Below are positions 1 to 7,498 of a stretch of DNA of 30,825 nucleotides, piece after piece. The position numbers were made by a program, and so were the translations under genes. The notes beneath the pieces were generated by a model, which saw only the letters and a program-made list of their open reading frames with translations, was not told where the DNA came from and made no database searches. The stretch spans positions 1 to 30,825 of the IMG/VR virus record IMGVR_UViG_3300025103_000098. One strand, 5' to 3'. Source of the DNA: a virus. Lineage: Duplodnaviria > Caudoviricetes. Each line of letters opens with the position of its first letter. The stretch's first letter is position 1.

Positions 1-11
1 GTACAGCAACC

Positions 12-276
12 ACACCACACCCACCCAAGGATCCTGACATGCTTAGAGACCACAGCCTACTAGCCACCCTCATTGCCTCTGGAAAGATCCAGATCAACCA
101 CAGCACACCATGCACGACGCAAGGTTGCGAGAACCCACTGCTAAGCCCAATCGCATTCAACCCCACAAGCAAGCTCGACGGGCAGTACCTCTGTGATGCC
201 TGCGACGGGTGGGAGTGGACCCACCAAACCAAGTGCCCAGCCTAAACACCACACCCACCAAAGGATCCTGACATGC
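12..276 (+). repeat. 31-bp direct repeat (12-42 and 246-276) containing CA-rich leader, SD and start codon of two adjacent genes
   Basis: acaccacacccacc(c/a)aaggatcctgacatgc, 30/31 identical; each copy ends in the ATG of ORF 39 or ORF 273. Confidence 0.95.
39..245 (+). CDS. small Cys-rich (putative Zn-binding) hypothetical protein
   Basis: AAGGA SD before ATG; CxxxxC and CxxC motifs. Confidence 0.75.
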   Translation: MLRDHSLLATLIASGKIQINHSTPCTTQGCENPLLSPIAFNPTSKLDGQYLCDACDGWEWTHQTKCPA

Positions 277-482
277 GACCACGTAAAACCACCAGCGTAG
301 AAGACCTGATCGACACCGCGAACCACATGCTAGAGCATAGCACCTGCTCAAGGGAAGCACGGTGCGGGATGATTGCCCTTCTTGAGTCGATGCTCCACGC
401 CACCGGCAATTATCGCGGGTTCTCATACCTAAACGGGTGGCCTTGCAAAGACTCGACGCGTGTGAAGTACCACAAGCGATAA
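273..482 (+). CDS. small phage hypothetical protein
   Basis: AAGGA SD; motif LExxLHxTGNYxGFxYL resembles a recurrent small phage protein family (from memory). Confidence 0.8.
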   Translation: MRPRKTTSVEDLIDTANHMLEHSTCSREARCGMIALLESMLHATGNYRGFSYLNGWPCKDSTRVKYHKR

Positions 483-552
483 CCACACCCAACCACACCC
501 ACCAAACCACCACGAGCTCAGGGCACACCTACGCCCTGGCCAGGAGACCACC

Positions 553-1392
553 ATGCCCATCAAAAAGAACAAGTGGCGCAAGCCATACCGCCAACATCTA
601 AAGACCATGCTTGGGCTGACACGGGTAGCCGATATTCCCACATCCTTCGTTGTGTGGGCGGGCCTATCCCAGCTTGACGGAACCCCGATTATGGTAGTCG
701 CAAGCTGTGTCCGAGACCCAAGCGGGAATATCAAGACAGGGGACGCGATCCAAGTATCAATCATGCGTCAAGACATGAACCCAATGGATGCATGGAAACA
801 AGGCCTTGACGGCGCTGTCTGCCCCGATGCATGCATTCACCGTAGCAAGCCACGGGGAGGCGATGGCACCTGCTACGTAAACAAAGCGCGCCTTGCGGAT
901 GCATGGGCAGGCGCCGTGCGCAGGCTGCAACATGGCCAACCCATGGCAACCACGGAACACCCGGGCGTGATGGGTGGGCGCATGTTTGCGGGTGCCGTGG
1001 TCCGCTTTGGAATGGAGGGTGACCCAAGCGCCGTGCCCTTGCATGTGTGGCAAGCCATGGCCAAGCATGCGAAACGATGGATGGGATACACGGCTTCATG
1101 GCGCACGCTTGACTCGGCATGGGCTGACCTGTTCATGGCCTCATGCTCCACACCTGCGGACGCGCTACGCGCACGATCCAAGGGATGGCGGGTATTCGCT
1201 GCGAGCGCATCACCTGAGCTTGACGCCGGCTTTCAGGATGCAGGCCTGCGGATGTGCCTTGCAGAATCCAACGCCCTCACGTGCGTCACTTGTGGCGGAT
1301 GCGATGGCACGGCCAAGGGCGCCAAGCGACCCGGCTGGTATCTCTCCCTACATGGTGCAGTAGGCGCAGCCAAGCGCCGGGCATCCTCCTAA
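553..1392 (+). CDS. Cys-rich phage protein, gp88-like / possible Fe-S protein
   Basis: AGGAG SD; motifs SGNxKTGD, CPxxC...CYV, RFGxxGDP, GYT, MAS and C-terminal C...CxxCxxC...LHG. Confidence 0.7.
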   Translation: MPIKKNKWRKPYRQHLKTMLGLTRVADIPTSFVVWAGLSQLDGTPIMVVASCVRDPSGNIKTGDAIQVSIMRQDMNPMDAWKQGLDGAVCPDACIHRSKPRGGDGTCYVNKARLADAWAGAVRRLQHGQPMATTEHPGVMGGRMFAGAVVRFGMEGDPSAVPLHVWQAMAKHAKRWMGYTASWRTLDSAWADLFMASCSTPADALRARSKGWRVFAASASPELDAGFQDAGLRMCLAESNALTCVTCGGCDGTAKGAKRPGWYLSLHGAVGAAKRRASS

Positions 1393-1448
1393 ACACTCAC
1401 CCCAACGGGGGCTCACGCCCCCACCACACCACAACCACAGGAAACACC

Positions 1449-1547
1449 ATGAGAGGCACACTTAAAGACCGATATAACTGCTACGTTGATGCCATGATCG
1501 ACCTAGGCCTGCCCTATGTAGACTTCGACACGTGGCTAAACCGATGA
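1449..1547 (+). CDS. 32-aa small protein (MRGTLKDRY...FDTWLNR)
   Basis: AGGA SD after CA-rich leader; true start is ATG 1449 within listed ORF 1254..1547. Confidence 0.7.
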   Translation: MRGTLKDRYNCYVDAMIDLGLPYVDFDTWLNR

Positions 1548-1618
1548 CCTACCAGCCACACCCAATGCTAGCCATCGCCTTGGGCGCTGCCCTCGGTTTC
1601 ATCTTCTGCACTTTGTGA
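1544..1618 (+). CDS. 24-aa hydrophobic micropeptide MTYQPHPMLAIALGAALGFIFCTL
   Basis: ATGA overlap with upstream stop; single TM-like stretch; below ORF-track cutoff. Confidence 0.5.
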   Translation: MTYQPHPMLAIALGAALGFIFCTL

Positions 1619-1620
1619 TA

Positions 1621-1649
1621 TACACAAACCACAACCACTGTGCTATACT
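1621..1649 (+). promoter_or_regulatory. sigma70-like early promoter with extended -10
   Basis: TACACA-17bp-TATACT with TG at 1641-1642; followed by hairpin cagtcggc/gccggctg (1659-1680). Confidence 0.55.
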
Positions 1650-1741
1650 CCCGGTAGGCAGTCGGCATCATAGCCGGCTGACACTAACCACACCCACCAT
1701 GACGGGGCGCTTGCCCCTACCACCAAACAAGGACTGAAACC

Positions 1742-1942
1742 ATGAACAAGATCAAGACCATCAACGTCACCTGCCCCAAGTGTGGAGCTCGCCCAACCAG
1801 GCCGTGCATGGGCTCACGCATCCCATCGGCCAGCAGCTACGGTGGGGGATGGGGCGGCCCCGGTCCCCTGTCCCGTTCACACACCGAGAGGGTGCAGCAT
1901 GCACGGGCCCGAACCGCTGCGCGCAACGGGGGTGCAGCATGA
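1742..1942 (+). CDS. zinc-finger protein
   Basis: AAGGA SD; CPKCGAxPxxPC...HxER motif. Confidence 0.75.
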   Translation: MNKIKTINVTCPKCGARPTRPCMGSRIPSASSYGGGWGGPGPLSRSHTERVQHARARTAARNGGAA

Positions 1943-2076
1943 GCGGGAATGTGCCCGATGATTGGGGCTGCTACTATCTGAACTGTTCAGAGTGTGGGGC
2001 GTGGTACCACGCCTCAGAACACGAGGGATGCAATTGCGACGACGATGATGATGATGGTGATGAAGATGGCGAGTGA
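1939..2076 (+). CDS. small Cys-rich protein with acidic tail
   Basis: ATGA coupling; CxxC...H...CxC followed by poly-Asp. Confidence 0.65.
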   Translation: MSGNVPDDWGCYYLNCSECGAWYHASEHEGCNCDDDDDDGDEDGE

Positions 2077-2137
2077 ATCCGCCATGATGCTGCTGGCCTA
2101 CATCGCCGTGCTCTATGCCTTCAGTCTGATGGACTGA
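2066..2137 (+). CDS. 23-aa hydrophobic micropeptide MASESAMMLLAYIAVLYAFSLMD
   Basis: overlaps upstream stop, GGTGA upstream, fills otherwise empty gap, TM-like. Confidence 0.4.
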   Translation: MASESAMMLLAYIAVLYAFSLMD

Positions 2138-2176
2138 ACCATGCCCCTGTACATCTACAACCAAGAGAGAGAGACC

Positions 2177-2356
2177 ATGTCCAAAGACACAACCACACCC
2201 ACACCCAAGCGCATGGGGCGACCACCCCTGCCACCATCAGATAGAAAAACCGTGGTCGTGTTCGTCCGCATGTCACCGACAGATGCGGCGAAGCTCGACA
2301 AGCGGAGGGGAGACACACCCCGTGCTGAGTGGCTACGCAAGCTGGCGACACTATGA
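2177..2356 (+). CDS. ribbon-helix-helix (CopG/MobC-like) DNA-binding protein
   Basis: GRPPLP...RKTVVVFVRMS...AKLD...RAEWLR pattern typical of RHH proteins. Confidence 0.7.
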   Translation: MSKDTTTPTPKRMGRPPLPPSDRKTVVVFVRMSPTDAAKLDKRRGDTPRAEWLRKLATL

Positions 2357-2862
2357 GAGGACCAGAGACCATGACACCGATAGACTTCGCACCCAGCATG
2401 GGGCCCGTGCCCATGTCGGCATGGGGTGACCTGAGGCTCACACCAGAGGAGATACTGATGGCCGCACGCAGGCATGGGCTCATGCCATGCAACGCTGCGG
2501 GTGAGTGGATCCCCTTCGACTACGTGGTGGATGAGGGGGTGGCTGGGGTATTCCTGGATGTGCCAGCCTCCACCACAGTGTGGTCTGCTGCTGATGCTGG
2601 CAGTGGAGAGGGTGACTACTTCTGGATGGATGGAGAGAGCCTGGCTGATGGGCACTATCGGCTCTTCAGTGTGAAGCCACGCCCAGATGGGGATGCAGGG
2701 GGCAGCCACAATGACACCGTGTTCACCCCGTGTGAGCTCATCGAGCAAGAGAAGGTGCAGGACTGGTGGACCCTGATGGAACGCCTGACCTCAATGGATG
2801 ACCCGTTCGTTGGGTTCCACCTGGACGGCATGGTCTATCGTGTCTACTGCTGGCTGAACTGA
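2353..2862 (+). CDS. acidic hypothetical protein (start 2353 or 2371)
   Basis: ATGA coupling at 2353; long ORF in operon orientation. Confidence 0.7.
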   Translation: MRGPETMTPIDFAPSMGPVPMSAWGDLRLTPEEILMAARRHGLMPCNAAGEWIPFDYVVDEGVAGVFLDVPASTTVWSAADAGSGEGDYFWMDGESLADGHYRLFSVKPRPDGDAGGSHNDTVFTPCELIEQEKVQDWWTLMERLTSMDDPFVGFHLDGMVYRVYCWLN

Positions 2863-3047
2863 TAGAGAGAAGTGCCTGTGGTGGCGTTGCAGCGCCATCC
2901 ACACGACGGCAGGGGCCAACCGTTTCACGGCGGGATGGACCCAGGGATCCCTTCCTTTCGTGATTGGTGGGGAGGGTTCCCTCACCCTGCCCGTTGTGAT
3001 ATTCTGCAAGTGGTGCTGCTACACCGACCAATCACCCAGAGAGAACC

Positions 3048-3797
3048 ATGACAAAGCGCGAGCTCAACCGAGCCATCCTTGAGGCATGCCTGCCTCCAAT
3101 CCAGAAGCTGATCCTGTTTGGCTACCTTGAGCACGCAAACAAAGATGGCGTGGCATGGCCGAGCAAGGCCACCCTATGCACGTACACGGGTGCCAAGGTG
3201 CGAGCGGTACAGGCCAACCGCATGGCCCTCGTGGATGCTGGGTACCTGCACATGACACAGTGCCTTCCTGGCAAAACACCACGGTATCAACTCACCTTGA
3301 CCCTAGCAGCAGATGCTCCCCTAGCAGCAGATGCTCCGGGGGGAGCAGCAAATGCCGGGGTGGGGGAGCAGGAGATGCCTGGGGGGGGAGCAGCAGATGC
3401 TCCCGAACCCTATAAGAGAACCCTGCCAATAGAAACCTCCCAAGAAACCTTACCCCCCAAGGGGTCTGACATATGGGATGAGATCAACGCACGTCTGGTA
3501 GACAAGGGCAGACGGAAGCTGAAGCTGACCACATCCAGGAGACGTGCCCTCAATGCCCGAGTGAAAGAGCACAGCAAAGAGGAGGTGCTCCAAGTCATTG
3601 ACTGGTGGCTCACCTCAAGGCACCAGCGTGCCGTCTACGTCCGAGAGAACCACACCATTGACACGCTCTTCAGGGCAAAGAACTTCGATGCCTACCTGGA
3701 CTTCTCGTCTGAGACTGAGTTGACCTACAGCGAGAAGCTTGGTGCTGCGATTGATGAGTATGTCCCTGAGTACGCCAACCTGATGGAGAAACGATGA
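3048..3797 (+). CDS. phage replication initiator (N-terminal winged HTH, lambda O-like organisation)
   Basis: KLIL..LxxxAxxxGxAWPSxxTL HTH; central iteron-coded repeats; C-terminal TLFRxxNFxxYL motif. Confidence 0.85.
   Translation: MTKRELNRAILEACLPPIQKLILFGYLEHANKDGVAWPSKATLCTYTGAKVRAVQANRMALVDAGYLHMTQCLPGKTPRYQLTLTLAADAPLAADAPGGAANAGVGEQEMPGGGAADAPEPYKRTLPIETSQETLPPKGSDIWDEINARLVDKGRRKLKLTTSRRRALNARVKEHSKEEVLQVIDWWLTSRHQRAVYVRENHTIDTLFRAKNFDAYLDFSSETELTYSEKLGAAIDEYVPEYANLMEKR
3305..3403. repeat. five iterons, putative replication origin inside initiator gene
   Basis: AGCAGCAGATGCTCC at 3305, 3323 and 3389; variants at 3344 and 3367; dyad AGCA-N5-TGCT; followed by A-rich stretch. Confidence 0.8.
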
Positions 3798-4381
3798 GCT
3801 ACCGACAAGAGAATCCCTGCCGCCCTGCCGTGATGTTCTTGGGTGATGTCTTTGGATGGAGCCAAGAGCGGAGCCTGCGTCTTGCTGGTGCATGGCGCAC
3901 TGAACTCGGTGAGTATGATGCCGAGGAGATCATGGAGGCAGCACGGCGATACGCCCGCACCTCTGAGTACATGCCCAAGCTGGTGAACATGCTGGACCTG
4001 CTGAAGGACTCCAGATCCCGAGACCTCACACGAGACTCTCCGGGGTGCGATGACTGTGGCCACACTGGCACACGCCACCTGGCATGGCACCGCACCGATG
4101 AACATGGCGCGTTCCACGCTGACACCTATGTGTGCTCATGCGACTGCGACAAGGGGAGAGCCCTGAAGTCCCACGTCCCATGGAAGCAGATGCTGACACA
4201 CTGGCAGCAGAAGCCGAACCACATCGAATGCTGGTATACGGATCAACACACATCCAAGCTTCCACTGGAGGCCCAGGTTGGCCCTGAGCGGGCCCGTGAG
4301 CTTCGTGAAGCCGGGGGTAAGCCAAGAGCAGGGTCTTCCCTGGGGGCACTGTTGTCCCCTACCTTTGGAGGGCAGCCATGA
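3794..4381 (+). CDS. putative helicase loader/inhibitor-type replication protein
   Basis: ATGA-coupled to initiator; W...L..Y....I..A......S.YMP pattern, then CxxCxxTG...CxCxxG. Confidence 0.6.
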   Translation: MSYRQENPCRPAVMFLGDVFGWSQERSLRLAGAWRTELGEYDAEEIMEAARRYARTSEYMPKLVNMLDLLKDSRSRDLTRDSPGCDDCGHTGTRHLAWHRTDEHGAFHADTYVCSCDCDKGRALKSHVPWKQMLTHWQQKPNHIECWYTDQHTSKLPLEAQVGPERARELREAGGKPRAGSSLGALLSPTFGGQP

Positions 4382-4502
4382 GCCCCAACGTGAAAGACCC
4401 CACCAAGCCATTGCATGATGAGGTCTACCACACCCACCGGTCAACCAAGAGAGACCGATGGACTGAGCCGCCACCACGCGCTGCTCACTGGGAACCTATC
4501 GC

Positions 4503-4943
4503 TCACATGGGGTGCTCGTCAACTTTGGTGATGACGATTCGGACGTGTGCTTCCTCCCCGACGGCAGCCACCATGGACCGGGCCAGGAGTTCCACCACGA
4601 GTGCGTCATCTTCCAAGATGCCCCCCTTCACTAGGGCGTCGAGCGATGCCTTGGCTTCATTGTCCACGTCGGGTCTCTTCGCTCGCCACATGCGGCCATC
4701 GGGATCCTTCTTCCGCATCAGATTCTTGGGCCGGGGATGCACGGCGGTCACCGACACGGACACGGGGAAGTCGATGGGCTTGCCCTGGTACACGGCGCGG
4801 CACACCCCAGCGGCCAGCTTCTCCCATGCCTGCGTGGCGCGTGGGGTCCAGGCACGAGCTCGCCCGTTGACCACACCAAAGCGTGGCCTGCCCTTGGCAA
4901 CTGGCTTGCCAGGGATGGTGATGTCAATCAACATCGACAACAT
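4503..4943 (-). CDS. rusA: RusA-family Holliday junction resolvase
   Basis: PGKPVAKGRPRF N-terminus; KRPDVDNxxKxxLDAL and DDxxV catalytic motifs. Confidence 0.92.
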   Translation of the reverse strand: MLSMLIDITIPGKPVAKGRPRFGVVNGRARAWTPRATQAWEKLAAGVCRAVYQGKPIDFPVSVSVTAVHPRPKNLMRKKDPDGRMWRAKRPDVDNEAKASLDALVKGGILEDDALVVELLARSMVAAVGEEAHVRIVITKVDEHPM

Positions 4944-5148
4944 CCATCAGCTTCCGCCCCACCTTCCGGGTCATCTCATGGGGGTGAACTTTCAGGTGGG
5001 TCTGACGCCAAAGACGCACAGCACGGGTGAGTCTGGGCTCTTTCACACGATAGACGTAGCTGGCAAAGGTTGCCTTGTTAAGTCCAAGGTGCTTGGCCCC
5101 CTCCTCCATCGTCAAACACTTCCATTCCAACCATTCTTTGAAGGTCAT
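4924..5148 (-). CDS. Cro-like HTH transcriptional regulator
   Basis: MTFKEWL...LTxEExAxxLG...T...Y...P...A..L...T..KV pattern; GGGAG SD. Confidence 0.7.
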   Translation of the reverse strand: MTFKEWLEWKCLTMEEGAKHLGLNKATFASYVYRVKEPRLTRAVRLWRQTHLKVHPHEMTRKVGRKLMDVVDVD

Positions 5149-5172
5149 TGATACTCCCGGTCTATTATTGGC

Positions 5173-5201
5173 TTGCCTTCCGCAGCTACTCTGGGTAGTA
5201 T
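5173..5201 (+). promoter_or_regulatory. sigma70-like promoter of recombination operon, in the divergent intergenic region
   Basis: TTGCCT-17bp-TAGTAT upstream of AAGGAG SD and ATG 5227. Confidence 0.5.
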
Positions 5202-5226
5202 AGCCTCACCCCACAAGGAGAACAAC

Positions 5227-6057
5227 ATGTCATTCCTCGACACACTGAGGCAACGCAAGCAGATCATCAACCTGCAAGGGCGCGAGTACGTCACCCATGA
5301 GGGGCTGCTGGCTCTGGCTGTGGAGCAAGGCCTGACCGGTGTGACCACCACCCTGCTGAGCTACGATGCCGACCGCAACCAGGCCATCGTGCAGGCCACC
5401 GCCACTGGTGAGCGTGGAACATACAGCGACATCGGTGACGCCTCCCCCCAGAACGTGGGCAAGATGATCGCCAACGCATGCATCCGAATGGCTAGCACAC
5501 GAGCAATCTCGCGCAGCCTGCGGCTTTTCTGTGGCATCGGAATGACGGCATACGATGAACTCCCACCGGAGGCCCAGTCCCAGTCCGACTCCGACCCTGA
5601 GCCAGTGGTGACAACGCGCAAGCGAGCCGCCCCACGACGGGCTGCTGCCCCATCTGCTGGGGGTGACCACATCCCAGAGGGCTGCCCCAAGTGCGGCAAG
5701 GAGATGTGGGACAACCGCGTGGACAAGCGCAACCCAAGGGGCCCCGACTTCAAGTGCAAGGACAAGGCCTGCGGTGAAGCCATCTGGATCGACACATGGC
5801 GCCGGGCCAACCCAGCCCCCACCTCCACACCAACCCAGCCACACCACCACCCATCGTGGGACGCTGACAGCAAGTCCTTCTGTGCCACCCTCGGTGAGAC
5901 ATGCGGCACCAGCTATGAGCCCATTGCTGACTGGTGTGAGCGGGAAGGTTGGGGCCGTCCCTCCTCGTGGACCAAGGCTGACCGGGACTCATTCCTGGTG
6001 GACCTGGCCAACGGAACGCAGACCCCGCCTGTCGCTCTTGAAGAGATCCCTTTCTAA
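5227..6057 (+). CDS. Rad52/Sak-like single-strand annealing protein with Zn ribbon and SSB-like C-terminal tip
   Basis: AAGGAG SD; IINLQGREYV..GLL, GDA...RMASTRAISRSLR; CPKCG..MWDNR...PDFKC...C; ends EEIPF. Confidence 0.7.
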   Translation: MSFLDTLRQRKQIINLQGREYVTHEGLLALAVEQGLTGVTTTLLSYDADRNQAIVQATATGERGTYSDIGDASPQNVGKMIANACIRMASTRAISRSLRLFCGIGMTAYDELPPEAQSQSDSDPEPVVTTRKRAAPRRAAAPSAGGDHIPEGCPKCGKEMWDNRVDKRNPRGPDFKCKDKACGEAIWIDTWRRANPAPTSTPTQPHHHPSWDADSKSFCATLGETCGTSYEPIADWCEREGWGRPSSWTKADRDSFLVDLANGTQTPPVALEEIPF

Positions 6058-6083
6058 ACCCACACCCACCACAGGAGAGAACA

Positions 6084-6272
6084 ATGAAGTTCACAGATGA
6101 AGACCGCGCTGCCATCAAGAAAGCGTGCCACATTCTCAAGAAGCTGGCGGCAATCGCCGTGTCAGACCTGACGCGGGACACCGCACTGAAGCTGAAGGAA
6201 GACCTGGAGGAGCTCGACCACTTGGTGTTCGCTGTCTCCGACGCTGTCAATGAGGCCAACCATGCTTCCTGA
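6084..6272 (+). CDS. small helical hypothetical protein
   Basis: AGGAG SD after CA-rich leader. Confidence 0.75.
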   Translation: MKFTDEDRAAIKKACHILKKLAAIAVSDLTRDTALKLKEDLEELDHLVFAVSDAVNEANHAS

Positions 6273-7164
6273 TCTTGCAACACTCGTGAAGAGAAGGCTC
6301 GCAGAGCCACGACCCATGACCATCAACGCTGACCCAGCAGCCATGGGGGCAACAGTCCTCCGGCAGCTTGAGCCAAACTCAGCACCCGGTGGGGAGATCG
6401 CACTGCGGATGTCCAGCCTGGGCAAGTGTGCCAGGGCTCTGTCATACAAGTACAACGGGGTGCCTGAGAACGGACGCCGCATTGATGGGAGGGCTCGTGC
6501 AACCTTCGCCATGGGGGACATGGCTGAGCTACTGCTGACCACCGCACTGGCTGATGCCCTCACCGACGTGGAGGGGTGGAGCCTGGGCGACTACCGGGAG
6601 GACGGGCAGGTGGCCATCTCATGGCATGTGGATGGTCACGAGATCAAGGGTCACCCTGATGGGACCATCATTGGGCCGGACGGCACCTATCTGTTGGAGG
6701 TGAAGTCAGCCTCCAGCTACGGGTTCTCCACCTGGCAGAAAGCTCTTGAAGAGGGCCGTGAGCCGTGGACCCCCGAGGAGGGGTACTACTTCCAGATCCA
6801 AGGGTACATGTACGCCCTCGATGTGGACCGCGCATACATCCTGGTGCTGGGCAAGGACAGCGGAGCCATCATGGGATGGTGGACGCAGCGTGACCCACGC
6901 TTCACCACCCTGCTTGAGAAGCACCTGCGGCTGGCGACATCCACCAACCCGGAGACGGTGCCCCGGCTGTTGCCCAGTGGGAAGCCCATCACCCCGGTCT
7001 CCAAGCTGTCCAAGAGGACCGGGGCTCCACTCAAGGGGCATGGTGCGCTGCCGTGGAACTGCACATACTGCTCTCACTTCCGCACCTGCTACGGGTCTCG
7101 GCTCGAGGAACGGGTAGAGACAGACTATCGAGGGCGGCCAAGCATGAAGTTGTATCTGGGCTGA
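6262..7164 (+). CDS. Cas4-like PD-(D/E)xK exonuclease with probable 4Fe-4S cluster
   Basis: RMSSLGKCxR, GHPDG, LEVKS, QIQGYM and C-terminal CxYC....C; GAGG before ATG 6262. Confidence 0.85.
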   Translation: MLPDLATLVKRRLAEPRPMTINADPAAMGATVLRQLEPNSAPGGEIALRMSSLGKCARALSYKYNGVPENGRRIDGRARATFAMGDMAELLLTTALADALTDVEGWSLGDYREDGQVAISWHVDGHEIKGHPDGTIIGPDGTYLLEVKSASSYGFSTWQKALEEGREPWTPEEGYYFQIQGYMYALDVDRAYILVLGKDSGAIMGWWTQRDPRFTTLLEKHLRLATSTNPETVPRLLPSGKPITPVSKLSKRTGAPLKGHGALPWNCTYCSHFRTCYGSRLEERVETDYRGRPSMKLYLG

Positions 7165-7234
7165 GAGGGCACAGGGCGCGCAGGGGGGCATGGCGTCACA
7201 GATGCCCCACACCACACACCACCAGGAGAATGAG

Positions 7235-7498
7235 ATGTTCACACTAAGCACCGACATTGATCTACCCAAGGGTAGTGCCGAGTTCCGCAAGCTGATGCCT
7301 GAGCTTGCATCTTTCCTCCAGGGAGGTGGCGAGATTGTCAGACCGAACCGACGCTACGTGCCTGGGCACATGCACCTGGGCTTGGGAGATGGCACCACGC
7401 TGTGCGGACGCCCCGGCGAAGACGCCGATCACCTTATCGAAGGTGTTGAGTACCAAGTCTGCGACAAGTGCGCGCGGAAGGCGTTCCGTGATGCTTGA
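7235..7498 (+). CDS. small Zn-binding hypothetical protein
   Basis: AGGAG SD; H...LCG...CxKC. Confidence 0.7.
   Translation: MFTLSTDIDLPKGSAEFRKLMPELASFLQGGGEIVRPNRRYVPGHMHLGLGDGTTLCGRPGEDADHLIEGVEYQVCDKCARKAFRDA

Noticed and set aside
3305-3403. Repeats as a mini CRISPR array
   Set aside because: Units are 13-15 bp with only 3-10 bp between them and lie inside the initiator gene, which fits iterons.
1645-5161. Shared 11-mer ATACTCCCGGT at 1645 and 5151
   Set aside because: Only two copies, explained separately by a -10 box and a minus-strand SD; not enough to call an operator.
6262-7164. Cas4-like gene as evidence for a CRISPR-Cas system
   Set aside because: No cas1/cas2 and no repeat-spacer array; solo Cas4-like nucleases next to annealases are ordinary phage recombination genes.
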